Shown here piece after piece: positions 19,685-30,201 of a stretch of DNA of 32,000 nucleotides (its first letter is position 1; each line of letters begins with the position of its first letter). The notes beneath the pieces were generated by a model. The model ran no database searches and was not told the DNA's origin. It saw only the letters and a program-made list of their open reading frames with translations. A program made the translations under genes and the position numbers. The stretch comes from Aliivibrio fischeri ES114. Lineage in GTDB: Bacteria > Pseudomonadota > Gammaproteobacteria > Enterobacterales > Vibrionaceae. The stretch lies in NCBI RefSeq assembly GCF_000011805.1, contig NC_006840.2. The stretch is one strand, 5' to 3'.

Positions 19685-19710
19685 GGTTATGATTCCTTGT
19701 TTAACTGTAA

Positions 19711-19744
19711 AAATTAAATGATCCACTGTGGGATCATTTAATGG
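19711..19744 (-). terminator. Hairpin between gph and trpS (terminator or attenuator-like)
   Basis: Perfect 11-bp stem TTAAATGATCC(19717-19727)/GGATCATTTAA(19734-19744); on the minus strand it is followed by TTTTTA. Confidence 0.65.
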
Positions 19745-19803
19745 TTATTCTATATAGTTTGATAAGCCTGAACATTAATAGTTACTGTACTTATCAATGA
19801 ATA

Positions 19804-20487
19804 CTATCTTGCCATACTCAACACGGCTAATAAATACTTAAATTCATCGCTAACTACATCAGGTTGGCTATCTGAGATAGGTTCGCCATGATTATAGCCA
19901 TAAGTCAGTGCAAAGCTATGACATCCGGCAGCTTGAGCCGCTTGAATATCATTTTTAGAATCCCCGACCATTAGCATTTGAGGCGCCGTTAAACCATGTT
20001 TATCAAGCAGCCAATTTAGCGCAAAAGGATTCGGTTTCTTCTCGGCGAACGTATCACCACCAATCACCTCACTAAATAAGTGAGTAAGCTGATGCTGCTC
20101 AAGAAGTTCAGGTACAAATTGAGACGGTTTGTTCGTCACCAACGCCAAGGTATAACCTTGCTGATGCAATCGTTCTAACGTGTCTTTGACATCAGGATAG
20201 AGGTGGCTAAGTTGATGACCGCCATCATGATAATGTTGATCTAATCTTGCACGAGCTTGCTTTATTAATTCAGCATCAAGATCGTCTTTCACGATATAGT
20301 TTTGACTTAACGCGCGAGAAACGAGTACATCTGCACCATTACCAATCCAATGAGATGCTTGCTCTAATGTAACGCGAGGGTATCCCATGTCTTGCATTGC
20401 AAGATCCACCGCTCGAGCTAAATCAGGAACGCTATCAAGTAGCGTCCCATCTAAATCAAAAGCGATCAGTTTGATATCTTCAAACAT
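19804..20487 (-). CDS. gph: Phosphoglycolate phosphatase
   Basis: HAD motifs FDLDGTLLDSVPDLARAVD, ALVTNKP, MVGDSKNDIQAAQAAG; placed between rpe and trpS. Confidence 0.92.
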   Translation of the reverse strand: MFEDIKLIAFDLDGTLLDSVPDLARAVDLAMQDMGYPRVTLEQASHWIGNGADVLVSRALSQNYIVKDDLDAELIKQARARLDQHYHDGGHQLSHLYPDVKDTLERLHQQGYTLALVTNKPSQFVPELLEQHQLTHLFSEVIGGDTFAEKKPNPFALNWLLDKHGLTAPQMLMVGDSKNDIQAAQAAGCHSFALTYGYNHGEPISDSQPDVVSDEFKYLLAVLSMAR

Positions 20488-20492
20488 GAATC

Positions 20493-21170
20493 TTAGTTAC
20501 CTTTTACTTTTGCTAATTCAGCACGCATTTCATCAATCACTTCTTTGTAGTTTGGTTGATTAAAGATAGCTGAACCTGCAACAAACATATCTGCACCCGC
20601 TTCTGCGATTTCACGGATGTTATCCACTTTTACGCCACCATCAATTTCAAGACGAATATCACGACCTGACTCGTCAATCATTTTGCGTACTGCACGTAGC
20701 TTATCAAGTGTATTTGGAATGAAAGATTGACCGCCAAAGCCTGGGTTTACAGACATTAGTAAGATCATATCCACTTTGTCCATGATGTATTCAAGGCATG
20801 ATAATGGTGTTGCCGGGTTTAAAACTACACCAGCCTGACAACCATGCTCTTTGATTAATTGAAGTGTACGATCAATATGCTCTGAAGCTTCTACATGGAA
20901 AGTGATCATTGTTGCACCCGCTTTTGCAAACTCAGGAACAATACTATCAACAGGCTTAACCATTAAATGAACATCAATAGGAGCTGTGATGCCGTAATCA
21001 CGTAATGCTTTACAGATTGGAGCACCAAAAGTTAGATTTGGAACATAGTGGTTATCCATTACATCGAAGTGAACCACATCAGCACCTGACGCTAGTACTT
21101 TTTCAACGTCTTCGCCTAGACGAGCGAAATCAGCAGAGAGAATAGATGGTGCGATCAAAAAATCTTTCAT
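20493..21170 (-). CDS. rpe: Ribulose-phosphate 3-epimerase
   Basis: [54 protein letters not shown]. Confidence 0.97.
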   Translation of the reverse strand: MKDFLIAPSILSADFARLGEDVEKVLASGADVVHFDVMDNHYVPNLTFGAPICKALRDYGITAPIDVHLMVKPVDSIVPEFAKAGATMITFHVEASEHIDRTLQLIKEHGCQAGVVLNPATPLSCLEYIMDKVDMILLMSVNPGFGGQSFIPNTLDKLRAVRKMIDESGRDIRLEIDGGVKVDNIREIAEAGADMFVAGSAIFNQPNYKEVIDEMRAELAKVKGN

Positions 21171-21337
21171 GTTGAGCCTCAGGTTAGTAATTATTTAGAT
21201 ACCGCTAAATTGATATAGCGCAATCGATTAAATCGACGGCGCAATTCTACCTGATATTTTGGGGGCTGTCTTATGTGAATAAAGGGACACAAATCACATA
21301 AATCTGGCGTTCGAAGAAAAAAGAGTCTTAAGTTAAC

Positions 21338-22168
21338 TTATTCTGTGCATTTAGGTGCATGAAACAAAGCCATAAGCTCATCCACTTTATTTCGCCCAGC
21401 ACCATTTCGACTAATGGTTCTTTTCACTTTAATCGTATTAAGTGTCGCACCATGATATAAGCGTCGAGTCAGTGTTGTGTCGTGATTTGAAATCAATACT
21501 GGAATATCACGCTCAAATGCGGCTTTCTCAGCAATATCAGCTAATGCCGCTTGATCATCCAACGAAAAACCATTTCCTGCATAAGAGGTAAAATTAGCCG
21601 TCGTTGATAATGGTGCATAAGGAGGATCACAATAAACAACCGCACCTTTACGAGCACGTTTAAAAGTATCCATATACCCTTCACAAACAAACGTCGCTTT
21701 TTTCGCTTTTTCAGCAAAAAACACCATTTCTTTCTCTGGGAAATACGGTTTTTTATACGAACCAAATGGTACATTAAAGCCACCTTTTTTGTTATAACGG
21801 CATAAACCATTAAAGCCATGGCGGTTCATATATAAAAATAATAACGAACGACGATAAGTATCAGTACACTGATTAAACTCAACACGTAACGCTAAATACA
21901 CTTCTTTTTTATTGTATTCTGGTTGAAATAACGCTCGAGCGTCTTCAATAAAACGCTCGGGTTCATCTTTAAGGTGATTATAAAGATTGATAAGGTCTGG
22001 ATTAATATCCGCTAATAGATAATGGTCATAATCTGTATTCAAAAATACAGAACCAGCCCCAACAAAAGGCTCGATCAATTTTCTAGCATCAGGGAGATGA
22101 CGTTGAATTTCTTCTACTAGGCTATATTTACCGCCAGCCCACTTGAGAAATGCGCGATGCTTTTTCAT
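21338..22168 (-). CDS. dam: DNA adenine methylase Dam (GATC)
   Basis: KWAGGKYSLVEEI, EPFVGAGSVFLN, VVYCDPPYAPLS motifs; adjacent to damX. Confidence 0.95.
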   Translation of the reverse strand: MKKHRAFLKWAGGKYSLVEEIQRHLPDARKLIEPFVGAGSVFLNTDYDHYLLADINPDLINLYNHLKDEPERFIEDARALFQPEYNKKEVYLALRVEFNQCTDTYRRSLLFLYMNRHGFNGLCRYNKKGGFNVPFGSYKKPYFPEKEMVFFAEKAKKATFVCEGYMDTFKRARKGAVVYCDPPYAPLSTTANFTSYAGNGFSLDDQAALADIAEKAAFERDIPVLISNHDTTLTRRLYHGATLNTIKVKRTISRNGAGRNKVDELMALFHAPKCTE

Positions 22169-22250
22169 ACGTCTTTTACGCCTTTTTACCTTAATCCAGA
22201 AAGCGGGGGATTGTACCCTATTTTTTAGCTAGGATCTGTTTATCTTATGG

Positions 22251-23774
22251 TTATTTTACAGAATCAATCTCGCGATGGACTTGTACCAACGATTTAGCCC
22301 AAGGACCCAAGCTTTGAACAGACGCTGGCAAAGTTTTTACTGCCCCACGAGCGGATGAAATTGATTCATAATCACCATAACTAACAATATACCAAATAGA
22401 ACCATTTCTTAATGCTTGATAAATACGAGCAGAACCTTCTATTTTATGGTCATCCAAAAATTCTTGCACTGCTTCTTCATTAGTCAAAGCCGCTAATTGC
22501 AATATATAACGCTTACTTGAAATCGCTTTTAGCTCTTTATCAGCTAAAGTAAATGTGATTTTAGAGTCTGCTTTGTCAGGCGTTACTGTAGAAGCCGATG
22601 TTTTTTCATCTTTTTTCTTACTTTCAGGTGTTGTTTTTGGCTTATCCGCTTTTTCTTGTGTCACTGTAGGTGCTTTTTCAACCGTTGGCTTTTCTTCTGG
22701 TTGAACAGGTTCAACGTCCAGTGTTGGCTTCTCTTGTACTTCTTTATCTTCAGTTACTAAAGAGTCAACTAACTCTGAAGGAACAACCACACGTTTCCCT
22801 GTTTCTTCTTTTGTATCAGCAATGACCGGAGTATCAATGACATCTGGCGGAATAGAATGCGTATCGTCTTCTGGTTGATTCGTCTTATCTACTTCAGTAT
22901 CAATTGACGTTGGATTTCCATCTAAATCTAATGCAACTCGAGTATCTTGCTCTAATGTGTTATCGACAATAGATGAAATTGGCGTCGTTGATGATTGATT
23001 TAACCACCAATATGCTCCAGCAGAGCCAAGTAATAAAACAGACGCTAGTCCTAAAATACCAACAGGAGAACGAGTCACTGAACGAATAATAACGCGACGC
23101 TCTGTTTTCTTCTCCCCAAGAGCAACTAGCTCAGCAGGCAGACGATTACATTTACGAGTCAAGGTACGAAGACGCGATTTTTCGTCTTTATCGACAGCAA
23201 AACGAACCACTAACATTTCAGCAAAGGTAACGGCTTCTTCTTCTGTTAACGGATTAATATCAATATCAACAGGCTTATTATCCTGTCCATAAGACATTTG
23301 AGATAATGTTTGAGTTAGCTTTCCTTTTTCAGCAAATAATAAAATATTAATTTGCCAATTTGGTGCCGATTGCGCTTTTTGAACCAATAGCCATAACTCA
23401 CTTAGAAGCTCAGATGAAAGCAAATGCGCATCATCAATCGCTAATACTAAGTTACACTTTTCACCAGCAAGCATTCGACCAACACTATCAACAACAGAAT
23501 CAGACTCATTAAACAACGGATCTCGAACCACTTGCTTTAAAATAATGCCACGCTGTTGTTGAATAGATTGATTTGGGTGACACATCAATAGCACTTGATC
23601 TGCATCATCACACCATTTTTCAAGATAACGCTGAGCTAGCCACGATTTACCAGAGCCTTTGACTCCTTCTATGTGAACTAAATTAGAACCAAAACGAGAA
23701 ACAAACTGAATGCGAGATAACACATCAATTTGACTTTCTAATTCCAAAACAGTTAAATCATGACCAATACTCAT
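22251..23774 (-). CDS. damX: DamX cell-division-associated protein with AAA-type N-terminus, TM helix, Lys/Glu/Pro-rich linker and C-terminal SPOR domain
   Basis: GVKGSGKSWLAQRYL Walker A-like motif, TM GILGLASVLLLGSAGAYWWL, C-terminal YILQLAALTNEEAVQEFL...IWYIVSYGDYESISSA; between aroB and dam. Confidence 0.88.
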   Translation of the reverse strand: MSIGHDLTVLELESQIDVLSRIQFVSRFGSNLVHIEGVKGSGKSWLAQRYLEKWCDDADQVLLMCHPNQSIQQQRGIILKQVVRDPLFNESDSVVDSVGRMLAGEKCNLVLAIDDAHLLSSELLSELWLLVQKAQSAPNWQINILLFAEKGKLTQTLSQMSYGQDNKPVDIDINPLTEEEAVTFAEMLVVRFAVDKDEKSRLRTLTRKCNRLPAELVALGEKKTERRVIIRSVTRSPVGILGLASVLLLGSAGAYWWLNQSSTTPISSIVDNTLEQDTRVALDLDGNPTSIDTEVDKTNQPEDDTHSIPPDVIDTPVIADTKEETGKRVVVPSELVDSLVTEDKEVQEKPTLDVEPVQPEEKPTVEKAPTVTQEKADKPKTTPESKKKDEKTSASTVTPDKADSKITFTLADKELKAISSKRYILQLAALTNEEAVQEFLDDHKIEGSARIYQALRNGSIWYIVSYGDYESISSARGAVKTLPASVQSLGPWAKSLVQVHREIDSVK

Positions 23775-23782
23775 ATCTTTTT

Positions 23783-24871
23783 CTATGCCTTACATTGCTC
23801 AATTACTTCAGCAAGTACGCTCTCAGAAACACCTGTAACTACTTCAGAGCTACCAATGGAAGTTGGTAGAACCAAACGTAATTTACCTGATAAGACTTTC
23901 TTATCACGCATCATGTGCTTCATAAACGCATCTACTGTCATTTCTTTTGGTGCTTTTAATGGTAACTTCGCTTTTTCTAAAATAGAACAAATGCGCTCTA
24001 CATCAGATTGGGAAATTAATCCCTCTTTTTGCGCGGTTACCGCTGCCATAACAGTTCCGGCAGAAACTGCTTCACCATGAAGCCAATTACCGTAACCCAT
24101 TTCAGCTTCAATCGCATGACCAAAAGTATGACCTAGGTTCAAGAGTGCACGCATTCCTGATTCTTTTTCATCTTTAGCAACGACATCCGCTTTGATTTGA
24201 CAACAACGTGAAATCGCATAAATCAACGCATCATGATCTAACGCGTATAATTTATCCATATTCTCATCAAGCCAATCAAAAAACTCTCTATCAACAATGA
24301 TGCCATATTTAATCACCTCAGCCATTCCTGCCGCAAATTCACGCTCAGGTAATGTTTTAAGGCAGTTTATATCAATAATAACGGCTTTTGGTTGATAGAA
24401 AGCACCAACCATATTCTTACCAAGAGGGTGATTAATGGCCGTCTTGCCGCCAACAGATGAATCAACCTGAGAAAGAAGCGTGGTAGGTATTTGAATAAAG
24501 TCGACACCTCGTTGATAGCAAGCAGAAGCAAAACCAACAACATCACCAACAACACCACCACCTAAAGCAACAATCGTCACATCACGACTGTGATTTTCTT
24601 CAAGTAAGAAAGTAAGTATTTGGTTAAAAGTATCTAAATTTTTATATTGTTCACCATCGTCTAATTCAAGCAGTGATACTTGGCATTCAAAGGTGTTTAA
24701 AGTGTCAATAATTTGTTGGGCATACAGAGGCGCAACCGTCACATTACTGATAACGACAACACGTTTTTTGGCAGGTATTACAGATGAAAAATGCGCCGGG
24801 TTGCAAAACAACTCGGCGCCGATAGAGATGGGATAGCTACGTTCTGCTAAATCTACATGAATCGTTTCCAT
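23783..24871 (-). CDS. aroB: 3-dehydroquinate synthase
   Basis: [61 protein letters not shown]. Confidence 0.97.
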   Translation of the reverse strand: METIHVDLAERSYPISIGAELFCNPAHFSSVIPAKKRVVVISNVTVAPLYAQQIIDTLNTFECQVSLLELDDGEQYKNLDTFNQILTFLLEENHSRDVTIVALGGGVVGDVVGFASACYQRGVDFIQIPTTLLSQVDSSVGGKTAINHPLGKNMVGAFYQPKAVIIDINCLKTLPEREFAAGMAEVIKYGIIVDREFFDWLDENMDKLYALDHDALIYAISRCCQIKADVVAKDEKESGMRALLNLGHTFGHAIEAEMGYGNWLHGEAVSAGTVMAAVTAQKEGLISQSDVERICSILEKAKLPLKAPKEMTVDAFMKHMMRDKKVLSGKLRLVLPTSIGSSEVVTGVSESVLAEVIEQCKA

Positions 24872-24907
24872 GATTCGTTCCCACTTTATATCTATTAATT
24901 GCTTAAA

Positions 24908-25426
24908 TTAACGCTCTTCAAGCATTTGAATGATTTGGTTTGCAACTACTTTTGCACTTTGATCATCGGTACGAACAACGTAATCAGACACTTCTTCATA
25001 AAGTGCGTTACGTTCTTTCGCTAGTGCTTCTAACACTTCACGAGGCTCATCAGTTTGAAGCAGTGGACGTTTTTTATCACGTTGTGTGCGTGCTAACTGC
25101 TTCTCAATTGTAGTTTCAAGATATACAACAACACCACGAGCAGATAAACGATTACGACTCTCTTTACTAATTACAGAGCCACCACCCGTCGCAAGAACAA
25201 TACCTTGCTCTTGAGTAAGATCGTTAATCACACCTTCTTCACGTTTGCGGAAACCTTCTTCACCTTCAACATCGAAAACCCAAGCAATATCTGCGCCTGT
25301 GCGTTCTTCGATTACCGTATCAGAATCAAGAAACTCCATATGAAGTTGTTGAGCTAAGTGTCTACCAATTGTGCTTTTGCCGGCGCCCATTGGGCCAACA
25401 AGGAAAATATTTCGTTTTTCAGCCAT
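24908..25426 (-). CDS. aroK: Shikimate kinase
   Basis: [64 protein letters not shown]. Confidence 0.97.
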
Positions 25427-25650
25427 TTTTCAGAAATTATGCAAAGTTCATTAACGACATTGCCAACAGTTGTCTCTTTAATAGACGCTCGCCTGTGGCA
25501 CCATATTCCTCACAGATATTTCGTGATCAGACCGAAAATTATCTCAGCTAACTAGTAGTGATTGCAATAGCTAGATGAAAAGTTCAGCATAATTATTTTT
25601 TTTTACCGCTTTTTTTTCCATAAATCATGCTGAATTTGAATACTATCTCA

Positions 25651-27399
25651 TTACTGTATAACAACTTTTGGCGTAACGAATATCAATAATTCTTTTTTAC
25701 CTATATTTTCAGAGCTTCGACGAAATAACGCTCCAAGTAACGGTAAGTCACCAAGAACTGGCACTTTCTCAACGCTATTTGATAACGAGTGTTGATAAAT
25801 ACCACCTAAAACAACCGTTTCCCCATTATCTACCAAAACTTGGGTTCCAATACGTTGTGTATCAATCGCTACGGCTTCACCGGTACCTGTTTTAACCACT
25901 TGCCCCGGTCTATCTTGTGTTACCGTTAAGTCTAAAACTAATCGATTATCAGGCGTAATTTGTGGCGTCACCATTAAGCTTAATACCGCTTTTTTAAATG
26001 AAACGGATGTTGCCCCACTGGATGAAGCCTCTAAGTAAGGGATCTCTGTACCTTGTTCAATATACGCAGGTTTCTTATTGGTGGTAATCAAACGTGGACT
26101 AGAGATAATCTCAGCCTTAGATTCAGCTTGAAGTGCCGAAAGTTCTAAATCAAGCAATAAATCAGAGCCTAATTTCGCTACCTGAAAAGCAATACTTGAA
26201 GCGGCAGGATTCGCTAATCCTAGATTCACATTTAAGAAATCATCGACAGGAAGACTATTATTGCCACTCTTCTTATCATCACTTCCACCACCATCATACA
26301 ACCCCACAGCGGCTAAATTGCTCTCTATAGAACCACCAACCGTTGTACTGCCATTGGTATTCGTTATCCCCCAACGAACCCCTAACTCATCTAAGTTACC
26401 TTCATTGACCGTTACAATACGAGCTTCAATTTGAACCTGTTTAATTGGAATATCTAACGTATCAATGATGTCTTTAATTACCGTAATGTTCTCTGGAAGA
26501 TCTCTTAACAATAAAGAGTTTGTACGCTCATCTACCGTGATACTGCCACGGCTAGATAACATGGTAATTTCACCTTCACCAACAAGCAGCTCTGCAATAT
26601 CTGACGCTTTAGCGTATTTAATAGAAAGGATCTCAGATGATAGCGCAGCCAGCTCAGATGCCATTTGAGCTTGCTCTAATACTTGCTGCTCTTGTGCATC
26701 AAGCTCTGTTTTGGGTGCGATCAAAACAACATTACCCTCGACACGTTTATCTAACCCTTTAACTTGAAGAATAATATCAAGCACTTGCTGCCATGGCACA
26801 CCATCCAGACGTAAGGTTAAATTCCCCGTAACAGAGTCAGCAACAACCAAGTTAAAATCATTATAATCCGCGATCAGCTGCAATACATGACGAACTGGAA
26901 TATCTTGGAAGTTAATCGAAATAGGCTTACTTTTATCTTCATTATTGGAGCTAATCGGCGATTTTTTCTCACTCTCTGGCAATTGAGATACCACCACTTG
27001 TAAGGAAGGTCCTTTCAGGAAGTAGTCATATTGATAGTCACCTTTAACATCAACAGATAAAACGGTACTACTTGGCTCTCTAAATGTTTCAATACGAGAA
27101 ACAAGAGTGGCAAAATCTTCAACATCTAAGATAACCAATTTATCATCGCTGACTTTGGTGTCATGCAATTCAATAATCAACTTATCTTTTTCTTTACGTA
27201 AATCCACCGTCGCAGCAGCAGAAGCTAGCTCTACTGTTATGACACCTTCTTTTTTCTTACTTAGTTGAAAATCTACTTCAACAAGTTGATTCATCACTGA
27301 CTCTTCAGCAATGGCATTCAAATGAACGAAACTGAACATAATAAATGCACATAACCGAATACAATATGAATTGATGAGTTTATTGCGTCCTAGCGACAT
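25651..27399 (-). CDS. pilQ: Type IV pilus secretin PilQ
   Basis: 582 aa with AMIN-like N-terminus, SINFQDIPVRHVLQLIADYNDFNLVV, VPVLGDLPLLGALFR and KKELLIFVTPKVV secretin motifs. Confidence 0.95.
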   Translation of the reverse strand: MSLGRNKLINSYCIRLCAFIMFSFVHLNAIAEESVMNQLVEVDFQLSKKKEGVITVELASAAATVDLRKEKDKLIIELHDTKVSDDKLVILDVEDFATLVSRIETFREPSSTVLSVDVKGDYQYDYFLKGPSLQVVVSQLPESEKKSPISSNNEDKSKPISINFQDIPVRHVLQLIADYNDFNLVVADSVTGNLTLRLDGVPWQQVLDIILQVKGLDKRVEGNVVLIAPKTELDAQEQQVLEQAQMASELAALSSEILSIKYAKASDIAELLVGEGEITMLSSRGSITVDERTNSLLLRDLPENITVIKDIIDTLDIPIKQVQIEARIVTVNEGNLDELGVRWGITNTNGSTTVGGSIESNLAAVGLYDGGGSDDKKSGNNSLPVDDFLNVNLGLANPAASSIAFQVAKLGSDLLLDLELSALQAESKAEIISSPRLITTNKKPAYIEQGTEIPYLEASSSGATSVSFKKAVLSLMVTPQITPDNRLVLDLTVTQDRPGQVVKTGTGEAVAIDTQRIGTQVLVDNGETVVLGGIYQHSLSNSVEKVPVLGDLPLLGALFRRSSENIGKKELLIFVTPKVVIQ

Positions 27400-27425
27400 G
27401 AGAGATTCCTAATCCTTTATTTCAA

Positions 27426-27944
27426 TTAATGTTTCAACGCCAGTTTTACATATCTTTGTTGCCAGCATCCCATTCCATCTGGCAGGGTTTCTTTCAACGT
27501 AATTTGTTTTGATTTAATCGCAACCACTTGACCATTGTTGGTCCCCATGTACTGCCCTTTGCGAACTTTAATCACACTCCCTTTAGGTGTTTGTATCAGA
27601 GCGGTAATGTCTTGGTCTGCTCCCATCACGCCTTTTAAACGTAACTTACGCAATGAATATCGCTCTAATGCTCCCGTTTTTTTTCTGTATTTCGGCTGCC
27701 AACACGTTTTTTTCTTTTTCGGTTGGGTTACCCGTTCAGGTTGCTTCGGAAGAACAAAGGGGGAGCGTGCTTCTGATTGGGCATACACTTCCACCTCAAA
27801 AGGTACAACGTTAGCTAATACTTCCACCTCTTTATGTCCCGATCGTTTAGCATCAGTATAAAAAGTATTAAGAGAGTCCTTATTCGCTTTACACCCAACC
27901 ATCAACGTCAAGGTTATGGCTGAAACAAACATCCGACTATTCAT
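27426..27944 (-). CDS. pilP: Type IV pilus assembly lipoprotein PilP
   Basis: Lipobox-like LMVGC; LRKLRLKGVMG and VYRVKKGQYMG-like VIKVRKGQYMGTNNGQV; position between pilO and pilQ. Confidence 0.88.
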   Translation of the reverse strand: MNSRMFVSAITLTLMVGCKANKDSLNTFYTDAKRSGHKEVEVLANVVPFEVEVYAQSEARSPFVLPKQPERVTQPKKKKTCWQPKYRKKTGALERYSLRKLRLKGVMGADQDITALIQTPKGSVIKVRKGQYMGTNNGQVVAIKSKQITLKETLPDGMGCWQQRYVKLALKH

Positions 27945-28515
27945 GGTCCCCCCTAAACTGGTAGGTATAAGCCATTACACGAAAGTGCAATGTACTACTC
28001 TCCTTACTTACCCTTTGAATATCTATATTTTCCAAACTAACAATACGCGGTAAATCAGCCATGGCTTCAGAAAACGAGCCGATGTCGTGGTATTGCCCTG
28101 TCAGCTCAATATTCAGAGGTAACTTATATAAAAAGGTTTTATTTTGCTTCTCCCCCCAGTCAATCCGAGTAAAAGTGAGCTTATTTTGGATACCAACTTG
28201 GTTGATACCCGAAAGCATGCTTGCTAACTCTTTTTGAGCGGGTAGCTGCTGCGATAAAAACTCATATCGTAGATTCAATTCATTCAATTGATCTTTCATT
28301 TTAGGCATAGCAGCAACTTGGTTATATTTATATTTCACCGTTGTTTTTAAACTTATTTCATCCAATTTTGACTGCTCGATACTTTCTTGTATTGGTTGTA
28401 ACCAAAACCAGTATCCAGCCCCTTGAATACATAAACACAACAACAAGATCACTAACAGCTGCGGAATAATCGGCCATTCCGTAATTTCATCTAAATCTAA
28501 TTCACGCCAATCCAT
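27937..28515 (-). CDS. pilO: Type IV pilus inner membrane protein PilO
   Basis: Single N-terminal TM, coiled-coil region, PLNIELTGQYHDIGSFSEAMADLPRIVSLENIDI; overlaps pilP by 8 bp. Confidence 0.9.
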   Translation of the reverse strand: MDWRELDLDEITEWPIIPQLLVILLLCLCIQGAGYWFWLQPIQESIEQSKLDEISLKTTVKYKYNQVAAMPKMKDQLNELNLRYEFLSQQLPAQKELASMLSGINQVGIQNKLTFTRIDWGEKQNKTFLYKLPLNIELTGQYHDIGSFSEAMADLPRIVSLENIDIQRVSKESSTLHFRVMAYTYQFRGDHE

Positions 28516-29081
28516 TACGACGGTTCCTTTTTCACTGGAGGAAGTAATTTAAACGAGACTTCAAAACTACTGACATCATGACCAAATATTTTTTGCCCTG
28601 AGATAATCGAGTGCATTTCTACTGAAGTAATTTGAGAGGAACGCTCTAATTTATCCAACATACTTGCTAGCCGAGAGTTACTATCACTGAATCCCTTAAT
28701 CTCAACTTCCCTTTCATGCATGCGTACTTTATTTAAATAAATACCTTCAGTAATGATGTCGGGTAAAATGTTCAATAACTGAGTGGTTTTGTTTCGGTTC
28801 TGCTGTAATTGTTCGACAACATCAAGACGAGTTAATATCGCTTCATGCTCCTTTCCAACTTCGTTAAGATCTTTTAATTCATTGTTTAACCAAGAGATAT
28901 GTTTTTCTAACGATTGCTTACGTTGTGTCTGAATCGAAACTTGTTGTTCTAAATATTGCGCAATCCCCCATTGAATACCGACAGATAGCGTCACCCCAGC
29001 ACAAAGTAATGCAATAAAACGTTGCTTATATCTTGCTCTCTGCTTTTCTCGCCAAGGTAATAGGTTTATTTGGTAAGCCAT
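28515..29081 (-). CDS. pilN: Type IV pilus inner membrane protein PilN
   Basis: INLLPWREKQRARYKQRFI start motif typical of PilN; overlaps pilO by one base and pilM by 16 bp. Confidence 0.92.
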   Translation of the reverse strand: MAYQINLLPWREKQRARYKQRFIALLCAGVTLSVGIQWGIAQYLEQQVSIQTQRKQSLEKHISWLNNELKDLNEVGKEHEAILTRLDVVEQLQQNRNKTTQLLNILPDIITEGIYLNKVRMHEREVEIKGFSDSNSRLASMLDKLERSSQITSVEMHSIISGQKIFGHDVSSFEVSFKLLPPVKKEPS

Positions 29082-30067
29082 TCAATCCCTCTCAATGCCA
29101 ATCCAAGAGCTGATGCGTATTGATTTTTTTGTTCATGAAACGAACCCACTCTTTTCTTTGGTGTTTGAAACAAAGAAAGTAGATTTAAATCCACCGTTGG
29201 TAACGATAGTTCGTAGCTTAACGAATCCGATAACCCTGGTAGCATTGAGCCACCACCAGTAATCCATACGCCTTCAACCTTATGTTGATTAACCGATGAA
29301 TAAAGAGTCACTTGACGATGAATATGTTCAGATAACTGCTTAATAAAAAGCGTCCCAGCGGACAGATCAATTGAGTTATCTTCGTTAGTTGAATTTGTCT
29401 CTTTCTCTTGAGCTATAGCACCAAATAAAATGTGTTTGCTATATAAATGTTGACTCGGAGAAGCAATACAAAAAACAGTTTGCATATAACCAATATCAAT
29501 GAGCATCCAATTTTTTTTATCGGGATAAACCGCTATCGCTCTCTGCCATAAGGTTAAAAGTGCATTTGAATGAGCATCTGCCAGTACAGGTTTAAGTCCA
29601 GCAGATTCAAAACAACGCTGACGAGAGTTAACTAAATCTTTTCGGGTCGCAAAAACTTGGTAAGTGATCGTCTGTAAGCTGCCTGTTCCTCTATGTTCAG
29701 AGGCTACATAATCTATATTCAGATCATCAGATGAAAAAGAAGAGTGCTGTTCAAAATTATGAGCAATAGCAAACTCGGTTTCTCGCTCATCAAGTTGACT
29801 ATCAATTTGAACAACCTTGCTTGTAATACTGCTATCAGGGATAGAGAACGCGACTTGCTTTTGATTTAGCTTTAACTGTTTCTTTATTCGAGATAAGTAA
29901 GGCTTTAATTCTTCGACATTTAAATTATTAGTATCCACAAATACAGATTCAGGCAATAAAACTTCGAAAGAACTAACGAGATCTAATTGACCTTTCTTTA
30001 ACCTTACAGATACGGCTTTAATGCTATGATGCCCTACATCTAAACCTGTAATAGTGGGGTAGATCAT
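29066..30067 (-). CDS. pilM: Type IV pilus assembly ATPase-like protein PilM
   Basis: GLDVGHHSIKAVSVR, WMLIDIGYMQTVFCIA and GVWITGGGSMLPGLSDSLS actin-like motifs; first gene of the pil cluster. Confidence 0.9.
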   Translation of the reverse strand: MIYPTITGLDVGHHSIKAVSVRLKKGQLDLVSSFEVLLPESVFVDTNNLNVEELKPYLSRIKKQLKLNQKQVAFSIPDSSITSKVVQIDSQLDERETEFAIAHNFEQHSSFSSDDLNIDYVASEHRGTGSLQTITYQVFATRKDLVNSRQRCFESAGLKPVLADAHSNALLTLWQRAIAVYPDKKNWMLIDIGYMQTVFCIASPSQHLYSKHILFGAIAQEKETNSTNEDNSIDLSAGTLFIKQLSEHIHRQVTLYSSVNQHKVEGVWITGGGSMLPGLSDSLSYELSLPTVDLNLLSLFQTPKKRVGSFHEQKNQYASALGLALRGIEWLTK

Positions 30068-30201
30068 CCTGATTTAACTCCAAGTAATAAATATCTCAAA
30101 ATTAAGCGTTTATTTGCGTTATTTTTTGTTGTGTTATATTTATACTACTCAGTTATGGGTCAGAAACGATAATACAGATTAAAGTAAACGGGAAATATCA
30201 G

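Noticed and set aside
21266-21298. TGTGA...GGGACACAAATCACA upstream of rpe as a CRP site
   Set aside because: The two strong half-sites are spaced too far apart; with N6 spacing each pairs only with a weak 3/5 partner.
23760-24561. Antisense ORFs inside aroB
   Set aside because: Shadow ORFs with low-complexity translations (for example [14 protein letters not shown]) opposite a confidently identified gene.
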